Positions 9,531 through 19,089 are shown, counted from the first letter of the stretch. The stretch is 64,000 nucleotides of DNA from a virus (IMGVR_UViG_3300049324_000034:57539-121538), one strand, 5' to 3'. Program-made: numbers and translations. Notes: generated from the sequence alone by a model not told the origin.

Positions 9531-9553
9531 TCGGAACACCGTTAACTCTACCA
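9531..9553 (-). promoter_or_regulatory. extended -10 promoter plus GTTCCG start element
   Basis: TGG TAGAGT-N7-GTTCCGA. Confidence 0.75.
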
Positions 9554-9554
9554 G

Positions 9555-9707
9555 GTGGGAGCGGATGATCTGGAGTGAGTCCAGGCCCCCAGGGGTCCGT
9601 CCCCGCCGCGTGCGGCAGGTTCACCCCTGGAGGGCCGACCTGGGGAGCTACCCCGGCCGGCGGCAGCCGACTCGTACAGCCGGTGCCCCACTTCGCTCTG
9701 TTGGAAT
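9555..9707 (-). ncRNA. candidate structured non-coding RNA (~150 nt)
   Basis: Own TGGTAGGGT promoter; four hairpins enclosed by GAGCG/CGCTC; no RBS-linked ORF. Confidence 0.5.
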
Positions 9708-9723
9708 AAGTCCAACCCTACCA
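9701..9723 (-). promoter_or_regulatory. extended -10 promoter with variant start ATTCCAA
   Basis: TGG TAGGGT-N7-ATTCCAA. Confidence 0.65.
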
Positions 9724-9726
9724 CGG

Positions 9727-10437
9727 TCAGCCGGGGATGGCGCCACCGGATGCGAGAGCCATCCGCCGCGACGTCCGCGCCAGCTCCGTGCGCTTCATCC
9801 CCTTGCGCCACTCCGGGTAGGTCTCCCCGAACTTCTGCGTCACCTTGCCGTCGACCATCTGCACGATGTAGCCGCCCCGCGTCATCTGGAAAGGTTTCGT
9901 GCATCGCTTCATGTAGTCGAAGCCCCCGCGCGCCTGCGGGTCGAACCAGTTCTCCGTGACGAAGTTGCTCACCATCACCTGGGTGGTGTCCACCTGCACC
10001 GCATAGGAGTCCGACTCCACCGGGTCGCCCACCTCAAGGGCGATCGAATGCCGGCCATCAACATCAGCCCACCGGTTGCACGACGGGTCGACGAACGTCT
10101 CCAGCACCTCGTGACTGAGCACTGAGGCGATCGACAGCTTCGCAGTCAACGCGTTGCCGCCGTTGTCCAGCACCGGGCGTGCGAACACCCGCCCGTAGAT
10201 CACGCCCTTGTCTTCGGTGTGCCAGCCCAGCGCCCCGGCCTGATCAGAGTCGTCGAGGACACCGATGACCCACGAGCCGGGAGGGGCGTGCGCCTCATCG
10301 ACCGCGTACACCACGGTCATCGGCACCAGCCGCCACGCCGGGGAGGCGTGATCGCGCAGCTGCGTCCAGCACGCCCTGGTCATGAGCTGAACGTCGGCGT
10401 TACTCACCAGCGTCGACTTATTAACTACGGTGATCAA
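9727..10437 (-). CDS. putative zincin-like metallopeptidase (HExxE)
   Basis: ALGWH...SHEVLETFVDP...EVGDPVE; AGGAG RBS. Confidence 0.7.
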   Translation of the reverse strand: MITVVNKSTLVSNADVQLMTRACWTQLRDHASPAWRLVPMTVVYAVDEAHAPPGSWVIGVLDDSDQAGALGWHTEDKGVIYGRVFARPVLDNGGNALTAKLSIASVLSHEVLETFVDPSCNRWADVDGRHSIALEVGDPVESDSYAVQVDTTQVMVSNFVTENWFDPQARGGFDYMKRCTKPFQMTRGGYIVQMVDGKVTQKFGETYPEWRKGMKRTELARTSRRMALASGGAIPG

Positions 10438-10476
10438 TTATCACTCCTAGTAGGTTGCGGACGGATCGCGGCCACA

Positions 10477-12006
10477 CTATGCGATTACCCGCACTGGCGA
10501 GGGCCCCTTCATTGCCAGCGCCGGCATCAATCCCACGGCCGCCCATACCGCCGCGTCCAGCTCGTTCGGGGACTCCGGGTCACCGGGCACCCATGAGGTG
10601 AAACCGTCCTCGATACCGGGGATGCCCCCGACGATGTGGGCCCGGCACTGCTCGAATACCCCAGCGACCGGCTCCGCGCGGGTGCGTTTACCCAGGCTCG
10701 CGTGCACCTTCACGACGCGCGGCGTGCGAGTCTCCATCTCTTTCGCGACCATCCGCAGCATCGTGGTGCACAGGTCCCCGCCTTGGTTGGTCTCCACGAT
10801 CATCGCGTCGGCATCCCAATCTTCCGCGACCTGGAGGGCCTTCAGCGCCCACGAGCGCGGCGTGCCCCGCATCGTGTGATCCGCCAGGAAGTACAGGTGC
10901 AGCCCCTCCACTTCGGCCGGCCGGCCCACCCATCCGTTCATCGGCGGCCCACCGAGCCCGGCGACGACGATGCCGCACGCATCGGAGGTCTCCCCAGCGG
11001 TCACGGCCGGGTCGACACCGACGACGATGCGCCGCAGCAGGGGCACGTGATTGGCGTCCATGACCCGCGTGGCGTCGATCAGCGCCACGGTCACCAGGGC
11101 GCCCTCGACCTCGTCGAGGAGTTCCCCGTCGAGTTCCTGGCGCCCCAGGGTGGTGCCCGCGTAGCGCGCCCGGACGGTGTCGAGGAAAACCTGGGAGAGG
11201 TTCGCGGCGTTGTCCATCGTTGAGCCACGGAGCAGGGTGACGTTGGGGTCGCCGCGTTTGCCCCGCTCATTCAGCTCTTTGATGATCTTGTTACCGCGCT
11301 TGGGCGTCGTCGTGATCAGCCGCCGGGACGAACCGATACGGGTAGCGAACTCAATGCCCTCTTCCCACGTCTCTTTCAGATTGCGCCACGAGCCCAGCTC
11401 ATCAGCCCACACCCCGTTGAGGTTCTTACCGCGAAGCCGGGCCGGGGCATCATCACTGGCCAGATAGATCAGCGACCCGTTGCGCAGCCGGATCTCATAC
11501 TTGGACTTGTCGTAGCTGACCAGGTCATCGCCCAGCGCCACCAGCAGGCCCGACGGTCCTTCGACGCAAATCTGCCGGGCGTCGGAGAACGTCGGCGCGA
11601 CCACCGCCCAGTTACCCACCTCCGACAGCGCCCACTCAGCGAACGCGTTGGACGCCGCCCACGTCTTACCGGTGCCACGGCCGGCCAGGAACATGATGTA
11701 GGCCGTCGTCGACTCCGCCAGCTCCAGCTGCACCTTGCGCGCGGTGGCCCGCCACGGGCGCGGCGGGGGCGGCTCCAAGCACCGCAACGCGATCAGACTG
11801 GGGCTGACCTCATCAACCCACTCCGGGACCTCACTGCCCAGCGCATCCCAGTCGACACCGCGCCCGATCTGTGGCGGGGCCATCAGATCCGAGGTGGTGG
11901 GCTGCGCGGGAATGGACCGGATCAGCGCGGTGGCGGCAGCGAAAATGGCGGCATCGGGTTCGTCGGCGCCGACACGGGTGTAGGCGCCCCGTGGTGGGGC
12001 CGTCAC
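10477..12006 (-). CDS. terminase large subunit
   Basis: Walker A LAGRGTGKT, Walker B VWADE, TTTP motif III, nuclease VVGVDPAV, VETNQGG. Confidence 0.92.
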   Translation of the reverse strand: MTAPPRGAYTRVGADEPDAAIFAAATALIRSIPAQPTTSDLMAPPQIGRGVDWDALGSEVPEWVDEVSPSLIALRCLEPPPPRPWRATARKVQLELAESTTAYIMFLAGRGTGKTWAASNAFAEWALSEVGNWAVVAPTFSDARQICVEGPSGLLVALGDDLVSYDKSKYEIRLRNGSLIYLASDDAPARLRGKNLNGVWADELGSWRNLKETWEEGIEFATRIGSSRRLITTTPKRGNKIIKELNERGKRGDPNVTLLRGSTMDNAANLSQVFLDTVRARYAGTTLGRQELDGELLDEVEGALVTVALIDATRVMDANHVPLLRRIVVGVDPAVTAGETSDACGIVVAGLGGPPMNGWVGRPAEVEGLHLYFLADHTMRGTPRSWALKALQVAEDWDADAMIVETNQGGDLCTTMLRMVAKEMETRTPRVVKVHASLGKRTRAEPVAGVFEQCRAHIVGGIPGIEDGFTSWVPGDPESPNELDAAVWAAVGLMPALAMKGPSPVRVIA

Positions 12007-12015
12007 AAGCGGAGA

Positions 12016-12288
12016 CTAAGCGGAGCGACGCTCCACAAGGTCATGACACGCGTCGAGCAGCACCTGCACGGCACGCGCGACATCCTGATCAGTCCAGCGG
12101 GCTAGCGACTCCGGGCTGATGTCGAGATTGCTGGCCAGGATCGTCTCATAGAAGTCCACGGCGGCCCGGTGAATGGCGAGGCCAGCCCGCGATATAGGGA
12201 ACAGGGTCGGCATGGCTTTGATGACAGCCTCATCGACCTGAAGTGGCATGGTGACGAACGTTCCTACGGGTGCGTCACCATGGGTCAC
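12016..12288 (-). CDS. hypothetical protein
   Basis: Fills gap; GGAG upstream of GTG. Confidence 0.55.
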   Translation of the reverse strand: MTHGDAPVGTFVTMPLQVDEAVIKAMPTLFPISRAGLAIHRAAVDFYETILASNLDISPESLARWTDQDVARAVQVLLDACHDLVERRSA

Positions 12289-12706
12289 CTTTGGATCTCC
12301 CGTCACCTGGATACTCGAAATCGTTGCGCCAGCCCGGTTCTTGCAGGTGGGACAGGAGTTGCTCAAGTTCAGCGACGGTACGTACATACCCGGCGAGCGC
12401 TCCCGCATCTTGCCACCGCCGTAACTCTCCGAGTTGAGCAGGGGTCGGTTCGTAGCCGTCGGTCTTGCATTCGATGACCACCATGCGGCCCTGCACACAC
12501 GCCATCACGTCAGGGGTGCCCCGCTTGCCGGCGCCGGTCATGTGCTTGGCGATGCAGTAGCCCTTGATCAGCCGGATCTTGCGCATCACCGCGTCCTTGA
12601 CACTGGCCTCCGATGGTGGCCGGGCCTTGCGTGCCCGCGACTTCGTCACCGGGACGCGCTGGGCGTCCAGCTCGGCGACCACCGTGAAACCGCTGAAGTC
12701 AGCCAC
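12275..12706 (-). CDS. VRR-NUC domain nuclease / resolvase
   Basis: GTPDVMAC...VVIECKT...PTPAQ PD-(D/E)xK motif. Confidence 0.85.
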   Translation of the reverse strand: MADFSGFTVVAELDAQRVPVTKSRARKARPPSEASVKDAVMRKIRLIKGYCIAKHMTGAGKRGTPDVMACVQGRMVVIECKTDGYEPTPAQLGELRRWQDAGALAGYVRTVAELEQLLSHLQEPGWRNDFEYPGDGRSKGDPW

Positions 12707-13019
12707 CCGTCCACTCCCTCATGATCATGCCGCTGCGGCCATCCCGGCGGGTCAACGTCTGGTGCCCCGCTTCCGAGCAACCCTCCGCGATCCCTTCGAG
12801 CACCAGCAGGTCGGGCACGACCACCATGGAGCCCGCCGCGCCCCGCGCGCACCCACAGGTGCAGATGATCACCCGCTCCAGCTCGTCGGGCATCGTGCCC
12901 AACAGGATCACTGAGCTGTCCAGCTTCAGCGCCGCGTCCAACGCCATGTGCTGTGCCCGTGCCAGGCGCGGCGCCGGCAGATCAGCGGCGGGAATGTAGG
13001 AGAAGCCCTCAACGGTCAT
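12699..13019 (-). CDS. hypothetical protein
   Basis: ATGA overlap; GGAGG RBS. Confidence 0.65.
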   Translation of the reverse strand: MTVEGFSYIPAADLPAPRLARAQHMALDAALKLDSSVILLGTMPDELERVIICTCGCARGAAGSMVVVPDLLVLEGIAEGCSEAGHQTLTRRDGRSGMIMREWTGG

Positions 13020-14740
13020 CGGACCTCCATCTCGCGCGGGCACAGCACACCATCAGGAATGTGGCGCTCGGTAGATCCCAGCACGACGCAGGTTTCCTTC
13101 GCGCGGGTTAACCCGACATAGAACTGGCGCACAGTGTGATCGCGGGCGCGGCCACCGCGCACCCACTCACCCCAGCCGGCACCCGACACCGACGGGCACA
13201 GGTACACCACATCGGCCTGACCGCCCTTCACGGAGTGGATCGTGCCCACCGTGACCGGCGCGGGGTCCATCAACGCTGCCGGACCGTGCGCGCGGGCCAC
13301 CTCCGCCGGGTAGCCGACCTTGTCGGCGTACTTGTTCGCCACCGACTCCAGCAACCATCCCAGCTCAGGTTCGGTCGCCCGGATCAGCGCGTCCTCACTG
13401 GCGAACAGGGCCTCGACCTGGGCGATACTCAACTCGCCGGCCGGCAGCATCTTCATCGCCGTCTTCGCGCCCCGTGCCAGGCCGGCGTCGGAGCGGACCA
13501 GCTCAAGCCAGGCGCGCACGTCGTCACCGGTCCACAGCCGCGCCCGATCGCCCAGCGCGCGCTCGTCGAGGACGAGGTAGCGGAACAGCCGCTCGGCTGT
13601 GGTCATGCCCTTGGCGGCACGCAGCGGGTTCCACCTGCTCTCCAGGGGCCGGTAGCGGTTAGCGAAGGGCACCCCGAGCTTGCGCAGGTTCGACACCAGC
13701 ACGCGCAGCATGTACTCACACGCCGCGATCACCATCACCTGACGGCCGGCGTGCGCGTCGCGGGCGATCGCTTCAGCGGTGCGCATGGATTCGATGGGGT
13801 GCGACACCGAGTAGGTCTGCCCGTCGACGTCACGGGGACGGTAGGGCTTGTCCCGGCGGTGACTGCACAGTTCGATCCAGGTCTGCGCCACGGTGTGCAG
13901 CGATGCGGGGATGCGCCAGGACTGGTCGAGTACCCGGTCGGTGATGTCGACACCGAGCTGCGGGCCACCGTCGAGGCCGGTGCCCAGAGACAGGATCGGG
14001 TCGGCGTTGCCGCCGCGCCAGCCCATGATGGCCTGATCGTCGTCCAGGGCGAGCACGGTGCGGTCAGCGTGGGCGCCCCAGGCGAGCACGAGCGCGGTCT
14101 CCAGCGGGGTCATGTCCTGGGCCTCATCGGAGATGATCACCTTGGGGCTGCCGGGGGCGCGTTCACCGTCCATGGCGCGGGCCAGCGCGACCTGGATCAT
14201 GTCGGTGAAGTCGATCGCGCCCGTGTCGCGCTTCCAGCCCTCCCAGTGCTGCGCGAACTCGCGCACCGCCGCCGGCATGTCGGCGACCGGGATCAACTGG
14301 GAGCGGGCCATGTCGTAGGCGGCGATCAGCTCGTCACCACCATCACCACCGGGACCCATGTCACCGACGTTGTCGGGGCTGCCCCGGCGGCCGTCGGAAG
14401 TGATCCGCCAGTCGGCGCGCACGCGGGAGTTCCAATCCTTCAGAACCTTGGCGTCCAGTGCGACATCCGGGGTGCCGATCGCCCGGTAGGCCGCCGAGTG
14501 CAGCGTCCCCACCTGGCGCTCCGGCAGGGGCAGATCCATGCCGGCCAGGGACTTCGCGGCCGTGACGGTGAAGCTGGTGACCAGAACCGACTCTGTGCCG
14601 TGCTCGGCGACGGCGTCGCGGATCATGCCTTTCAGCGTGGTCGACTTCCCGGTGCCGGGCGGCCCGTAGATGCGCTCCACGCTGCCTTGGGCAAGTAGGT
14701 GAACGGTGGCTGTGGTCAAGTCGTCAAGCGGTGACGTCAT
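13016..14740 (-). CDS. UvrD/Rep-family SF1 DNA helicase
   Basis: GPPGTGKST, ISDEAQD, DDDQAI, TIHSVKGGQAD, FYVGLTRAKE. Confidence 0.9.
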   Translation of the reverse strand: MTSPLDDLTTATVHLLAQGSVERIYGPPGTGKSTTLKGMIRDAVAEHGTESVLVTSFTVTAAKSLAGMDLPLPERQVGTLHSAAYRAIGTPDVALDAKVLKDWNSRVRADWRITSDGRRGSPDNVGDMGPGGDGGDELIAAYDMARSQLIPVADMPAAVREFAQHWEGWKRDTGAIDFTDMIQVALARAMDGERAPGSPKVIISDEAQDMTPLETALVLAWGAHADRTVLALDDDQAIMGWRGGNADPILSLGTGLDGGPQLGVDITDRVLDQSWRIPASLHTVAQTWIELCSHRRDKPYRPRDVDGQTYSVSHPIESMRTAEAIARDAHAGRQVMVIAACEYMLRVLVSNLRKLGVPFANRYRPLESRWNPLRAAKGMTTAERLFRYLVLDERALGDRARLWTGDDVRAWLELVRSDAGLARGAKTAMKMLPAGELSIAQVEALFASEDALIRATEPELGWLLESVANKYADKVGYPAEVARAHGPAALMDPAPVTVGTIHSVKGGQADVVYLCPSVSGAGWGEWVRGGRARDHTVRQFYVGLTRAKETCVVLGSTERHIPDGVLCPREMEVR

Positions 14741-14760
14741 CGAGTACCCCCTAGTGCGGA

Positions 14761-14783
14761 CCGGAACACTACGGAGGGTATCA
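14761..14783 (-). promoter_or_regulatory. extended -10 promoter plus GTTCCGG
   Basis: TGA TACCCT-N7-GTTCCGG. Confidence 0.7.
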
Positions 14784-15332
14784 GATAGGGGGGTATTGGG
14801 GCGGCACGATCGACTCCCGGCCCGGCAATGTCGCCACCGGCCGCGCCGTCATCGTCATCACATCCGGCAGTAGCCCCAGCGTGGCCCACAGCAACGCGTC
14901 GACATCATCGAAACCGACCTCGATCCCCTGGTTGATCCGCATGCCGGGGATACGGTTGTGCAGCTCGGGCGCAGTAATTACCACCTTGCCCAACCCACCG
15001 GGCACCAGCGGGTGCACCTGATGGTTCCACTTGCCCATCATGGTCAACTGCCGGTTGGAGTCGGCCACCACGATCAACCGAGACCACCCAGGCCACCCGT
15101 CTGCGCGACGCCCGTTGACCAGCCACTGGATCAGCTCAGACGTCTTGCCCCGGTAGCGCGGCCGGGCGATCAGCAGCGGCCCGTCGGTCCGCCGGTCAGT
15201 TCGGGGTGTCTCTACTGGGGCACCGGCCTCCAGTAGGTCAAGCAGTTCCATGAGCACCGTGGGGCACCCGGTACCGGCGGCGAGACGTTCCGTGGCCAGT
15301 CGGGCCTCCTCAACCATCGCCCTGGGAATCAC
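14781..15332 (-). CDS. hypothetical protein with degenerate P-loop-like motif
   Basis: IARPRYRGKT...VGFDDVD; GGAGG RBS. Confidence 0.65.
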   Translation of the reverse strand: MIPRAMVEEARLATERLAAGTGCPTVLMELLDLLEAGAPVETPRTDRRTDGPLLIARPRYRGKTSELIQWLVNGRRADGWPGWSRLIVVADSNRQLTMMGKWNHQVHPLVPGGLGKVVITAPELHNRIPGMRINQGIEVGFDDVDALLWATLGLLPDVMTMTARPVATLPGRESIVPPQYPPI

Positions 15333-15490
15333 TGCGCCTCCTCCGGTGTCGCCTGCTGGCTGGTGTCACCGTCGAGAGCACCGGACAGGACCGCTTCGTT
15401 TTCCTGCTGGGTGGCATACCAGTCGCCCCAGTTCGCCAGCAGGTCATCGAAGATCAGCGTCGGCGCGTCGGGCGACTCAGGTTCATCCAC
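15329..15490 (-). CDS. small acidic protein (53 aa)
   Basis: Overlaps both neighbours; VDEPESPDAPTLIFDDLLANW. Confidence 0.55.
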   Translation of the reverse strand: MDEPESPDAPTLIFDDLLANWGDWYATQQENEAVLSGALDGDTSQQATPEEAQ

Positions 15491-15932
15491 GTCGCGCCGC
15501 CATCGCCAGCGCCGCGACGAACAGGCACCCGTGATGCAATGCCTGATCGGCCAGATACATGCCCTGCGGGAACTGGAACTTCACCGTCCCCCGCCGCGCG
15601 GAGACCGTCAGATCAGCGAACCCCGACGAGCCCGTGGCATCAAGCACGGCCGCGACCGGCCAGCGGCGGTCGATGAACGCGTGGCTCGCGGCGGAGATCA
15701 CCGTTCCGGCCAGTAGGCCCCAGCGACCGCACCGCAGTCCCGTGGCGGCCAGCACAGCGCCCACCGCGACCGCCTGGGCGCCCTGATAGGTGGCGATGTG
15801 CCCGGCCATCGCCGACCAGTCCTTCGCCTTGCGGTTCGCCTGGTGGTCGGTCTGCGCGACGTGGTCACCCACGTTGTGGGCGGCCCACAAGCTCGGCAGG
15901 AGCACCGCAAACGCGAGCGGGTCAACCTTCAT
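15483..15932 (-). CDS. DUF3307-family membrane protein
   Basis: HNVGDHVAQT, SHAFIDRRWP, DQALH motifs. Confidence 0.8.
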   Translation of the reverse strand: MKVDPLAFAVLLPSLWAAHNVGDHVAQTDHQANRKAKDWSAMAGHIATYQGAQAVAVGAVLAATGLRCGRWGLLAGTVISAASHAFIDRRWPVAAVLDATGSSGFADLTVSARRGTVKFQFPQGMYLADQALHHGCLFVAALAMAARRG

Positions 15933-16170
15933 CTGGTGCCTCCAATTTCGGCATGAAAACAAGATCACATATCGCGGCGCTGTCGCGGCGAACCAGCACG
16001 CCCTCCCCGTCGGCGTTGACCTCCAGCACCATCCACCCGGAATTGCCCAGCAGGTAGGGCACCTTCGCGCGACACGCCTCCCTGTCGACATCACCCTGAA
16101 ACGTCACCGTCAGATGGAAATCCCCGGAGTAACCGATGGCGGCGAACGCGGCCGGGACCTCCACGCTCAC
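15922..16170 (-). CDS. hypothetical protein
   Basis: GTGA overlap. Confidence 0.55.
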   Translation of the reverse strand: MSVEVPAAFAAIGYSGDFHLTVTFQGDVDREACRAKVPYLLGNSGWMVLEVNADGEGVLVRRDSAAICDLVFMPKLEAPDEG

Positions 16171-16439
16171 TCCCAGCACCTCTTGTCCCGCCCGTGCAGC
16201 CCCATGATTCGGGCCACCGCTTGCGCAGGGGACTCCGTGGCGGGGTCGGTGAACACCCGCATCGCCGTCGACCCGTGGATCGCACACCACGACATTCCGT
16301 GCACGATCAGCATCGCGGGCCTCTCGGAGATCTCCAGCGGTGCCGACTCGTGATAGGCGCAACCCACACACACCCAGCCGTGTCCACTGGCCGACCACAC
16401 CGCACCATTGACCGGGACCTCCGGCGCCGGGCCGGTCAC
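16167..16439 (-). CDS. hypothetical Cys/His protein
   Basis: GTGA overlap; CVGC...CAIH. Confidence 0.55.
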   Translation of the reverse strand: MTGPAPEVPVNGAVWSASGHGWVCVGCAYHESAPLEISERPAMLIVHGMSWCAIHGSTAMRVFTDPATESPAQAVARIMGLHGRDKRCWE

Positions 16440-16930
16440 GCCGCCCACCGCTTATTGCCGGCCAGGTTCAGGTCGCACCGGACCTGCCACACTTCCCGGC
16501 CAACTCGCTCCTGCTCATGGATCGGTGCCATCACCAGCCGCGCCGCCAGCTCCGCATCGCGCGGCACCGGCATCAGCCCGTCGCCTTTGCGGGTCTTCCA
16601 GGCCCGCCCGATACCGCAGATCGCCGAATGCAGAGCGTTGGAGCGAAACGTGAGGTCTTCGCCCCAGTGCTCCTCCAGCTCCTCCCGGACACCGCCGTAG
16701 AGGTAGCCGCCGCACACCACGACCAACCACTGCGCTGCCGTATCGCAATGCGCGCACACATGGAAGACGTCCCAGCGGTCCGCGTCCGGCCCCAAGCCGG
16801 TCGCGTAGTGATACCGCTCGCCCTTAACGATGGTCCGGTCGCACTCGAAGCACTTGTGGTCTTTGCGGGCGGTGCACTTAGTTTCCCGATAGACCTTCCA
16901 CGGGTCGCAATCCTGGATGCGGCACATCAC
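16436..16930 (-). CDS. Zn-binding phage protein
   Basis: ARKDHKCFECDRTI...CAHC. Confidence 0.7.
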   Translation of the reverse strand: MMCRIQDCDPWKVYRETKCTARKDHKCFECDRTIVKGERYHYATGLGPDADRWDVFHVCAHCDTAAQWLVVVCGGYLYGGVREELEEHWGEDLTFRSNALHSAICGIGRAWKTRKGDGLMPVPRDAELAARLVMAPIHEQERVGREVWQVRCDLNLAGNKRWAA

Positions 16931-17592
16931 GCGCCCTCCAGCCGAACCAGGGTCATGCAGTGGTTGCGGACGTCCTCGCTCTTGACGTTGCGCTGGCAGT
17001 CCCCAGTGCCGTGCAGGTGGACCTCCAGGCGGTGATGCCACCACACATCCCCGGTGATCGGGTTACCGCAGCCACCACAGCGATACTCCCGCCAACCCCG
17101 CGTAAAGATCTTGTCGGCCTTGTCGATGACCGCCCGGTCGAGGTTGATGCCGGCCTGCTCGGCGTGAGAGCGGATGGCGAGCACCACTCGGACCATGGCG
17201 ATGCCCACCGCGCTCCACTCGCCGGACCGCCGGGCGTGCCCCAGTGCCCGGCGCAACGGCTGGGCGAGTTGGGTGACGTAGTAACTGGGCGCCTTGTCGG
17301 CGAACACCATCTCCGGCGTCGCGCCATCAGTCCACGCCGCCAGCTCCGCATCGAGGTCGACCTGCGGAAGGTAGTGGTTCAACAGATAGATGGTGATCAG
17401 TACATCGGCGAACTCCTCGCGCAGCTCCCGCGCCGTTCCGTCCAGGAGGGCCCGATCCAGCTCGTCGCCCTCCTCGACCATCGACATGAACTGGATTGCC
17501 GGCATGTACTGCGGTGGAGCCGGAAACTCCCGGCCCACCTCGCGAGCAATCCGCTCTGCCAACTTCGCCATGTTCACAGTGGTAGTAGCCAT
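16927..17592 (-). CDS. MazG-like nucleotide pyrophosphohydrolase with C-terminal Zn finger
   Basis: VEEGDEL...REEFADVL; TGATG overlap. Confidence 0.75.
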   Translation of the reverse strand: MATTTVNMAKLAERIAREVGREFPAPPQYMPAIQFMSMVEEGDELDRALLDGTARELREEFADVLITIYLLNHYLPQVDLDAELAAWTDGATPEMVFADKAPSYYVTQLAQPLRRALGHARRSGEWSAVGIAMVRVVLAIRSHAEQAGINLDRAVIDKADKIFTRGWREYRCGGCGNPITGDVWWHHRLEVHLHGTGDCQRNVKSEDVRNHCMTLVRLEGA

Positions 17593-18122
17593 CAGGGCCT
17601 CGATCCGAAGGTCACAAGCTCGGTCGCATACCCCAGGGTCAGGGGATGCTTGGGTTCGCCCGACTTCACAGTGCCCAGGCACATCGGCGGCCGGGGACTG
17701 TGGCGCCAGATCCGCGCGGTCACCTCCGGTGCGCGGGTCGCCGCGTACGGGGTCGCACCCCAGCCGCACACCACGAGGGCGGCACCGCGCACCGCTGTGC
17801 TGATGTAGTGGTCGTTCTCCGGTCCCACGGCGTCAATACCGGGGACGAGTAGGGCTTTCGGGTCGCGGGAGCGCCAGGCGAACAGGTTGACGACGGTGAT
17901 ACCGCCGCACTTCCACGACATCGCGAAACCCATGCACTTCCTGATCGTGGCGTCGTCGGAGCGCGCGTCAGCGGTGCTCGGGTTCAGCATGACCCACACG
18001 CAGTAGGGCAGTCGGGGATTCCACACCCGAGTGAGCTGGTAGCGGTACTCGGAGTGCTCACCCCGGATCACCGCGTCTTTGCACACCAGATGCGGTGGCG
18101 GTTGCATCGTCGCTGTAGTCAT
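17592..18122 (-). CDS. DUF1643 domain protein
   Basis: YRYQLTRVW...MLNPSTAD...DDATIRKC...VNLFAWR...KHPL. Confidence 0.85.
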   Translation of the reverse strand: MTTATMQPPPHLVCKDAVIRGEHSEYRYQLTRVWNPRLPYCVWVMLNPSTADARSDDATIRKCMGFAMSWKCGGITVVNLFAWRSRDPKALLVPGIDAVGPENDHYISTAVRGAALVVCGWGATPYAATRAPEVTARIWRHSPRPPMCLGTVKSGEPKHPLTLGYATELVTFGSRP

Positions 18123-18277
18123 CGTTTCCATCCCGCCCGTTTCCGGGCTGTCCTTTTGTTCCGTCCGGTTACCTGCTGGGCGTGAGGCGGCACCTTGCCG
18201 CACTTATTGGTGACCAGATGGTCACGGGCGTACCCAGCGTTGTGGAACGCCTGCTGGCAATACGGGCAAGCCTTCAC
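18119..18277 (-). CDS. small zinc-finger protein
   Basis: CPYCQQAF...H...C; basic tail. Confidence 0.6.
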   Translation of the reverse strand: MKACPYCQQAFHNAGYARDHLVTNKCGKVPPHAQQVTGRNKRTARKRAGWKR

Positions 18278-19089
18278 AGAACCGACGCCCTCGTCGCCCG
18301 CTGACCATCCGGGCCGGGCGTCGGCAGGGCACTGCCCGTCGGGGCGAACGCGGGGCAGTAGGCCCGCACCTTGCACTCCGCACACACCGCGCCCGGCGTC
18401 GGTGTGAACTTCGTATCGGTCTCCGCTTGCCGCGCCGTGGCGGCCACCGCCGAGCCCGCCGCGCGGGCAGCGGTGACCTCAATCGGTGCGGACACCGCGA
18501 CCGCCGCGTTGATCGACGCGATCTCGATCTTGACCCGCTTCGGGGCGTAGGTGCGGCCCGCGCACAACGCGCCCAGCGCAAGCTGGCGATTGCGCTGCAA
18601 GTCTCGAGAGCGGGGTAGCTCAACGGTGGACTTCCAGTCCCGCACCACCAGCGCGCTGTCTCGCTCGTAGAGCACATCGGCCCGGTAGACGATCGGCACC
18701 CCGTCGACGGCGATCTCCATGTTGACCTCAGTGCCGATCACGAAGTCGCCAGGCTGGGGTCCCAGGTGATGCAGCGCGCGCATCACCGTGTCGTAGGCCT
18801 CGTCGAGATCAAGGGTGTCCTCGACGTTCGCGCGGATCGCCGCTTCGATGATGGCGGAGTCGACAACATCACCGACCCGGCGATAGGTCACCGCCGGGGC
18901 CAGGTCCCGCCGCCGGCAGTCATCCCATTGGGCGTAGCCGACGGCGAGCCCGGCGTGCAGCACAATTCCCCGCGCGCTCTCTGCGGTGTCCTCTGGTTCG
19001 ACGTTGGCGACGTTGCGCAGCCACCACGCGCGCGGGCACTCGCTGTAGAGCCGGTGCGCGGACACACTCCAGGGTCGACGTAGCGTCAT
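18274..19089 (-). CDS. Cas4/RecB-like PD-(D/E)xK exonuclease
   Basis: WSVS...ECPRAW, RAD...RDWKS, CAECKVRAYCP Fe-S cysteines. Confidence 0.85.
   Translation of the reverse strand: MTLRRPWSVSAHRLYSECPRAWWLRNVANVEPEDTAESARGIVLHAGLAVGYAQWDDCRRRDLAPAVTYRRVGDVVDSAIIEAAIRANVEDTLDLDEAYDTVMRALHHLGPQPGDFVIGTEVNMEIAVDGVPIVYRADVLYERDSALVVRDWKSTVELPRSRDLQRNRQLALGALCAGRTYAPKRVKIEIASINAAVAVSAPIEVTAARAAGSAVAATARQAETDTKFTPTPGAVCAECKVRAYCPAFAPTGSALPTPGPDGQRATRASVL

Noticed and set aside
9548-9904. 118-aa minus-strand ORF across the ncRNA candidate
   Set aside because: Overlaps the peptidase gene out of frame, has low GC3 in the intergenic part and lacks an RBS.
18274-19089. Cas4-like gene as part of a CRISPR-Cas system
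   Set aside because: No cas1/cas2 and no repeat-spacer array seen; solo Cas4-like nucleases are common in phage replication modules.
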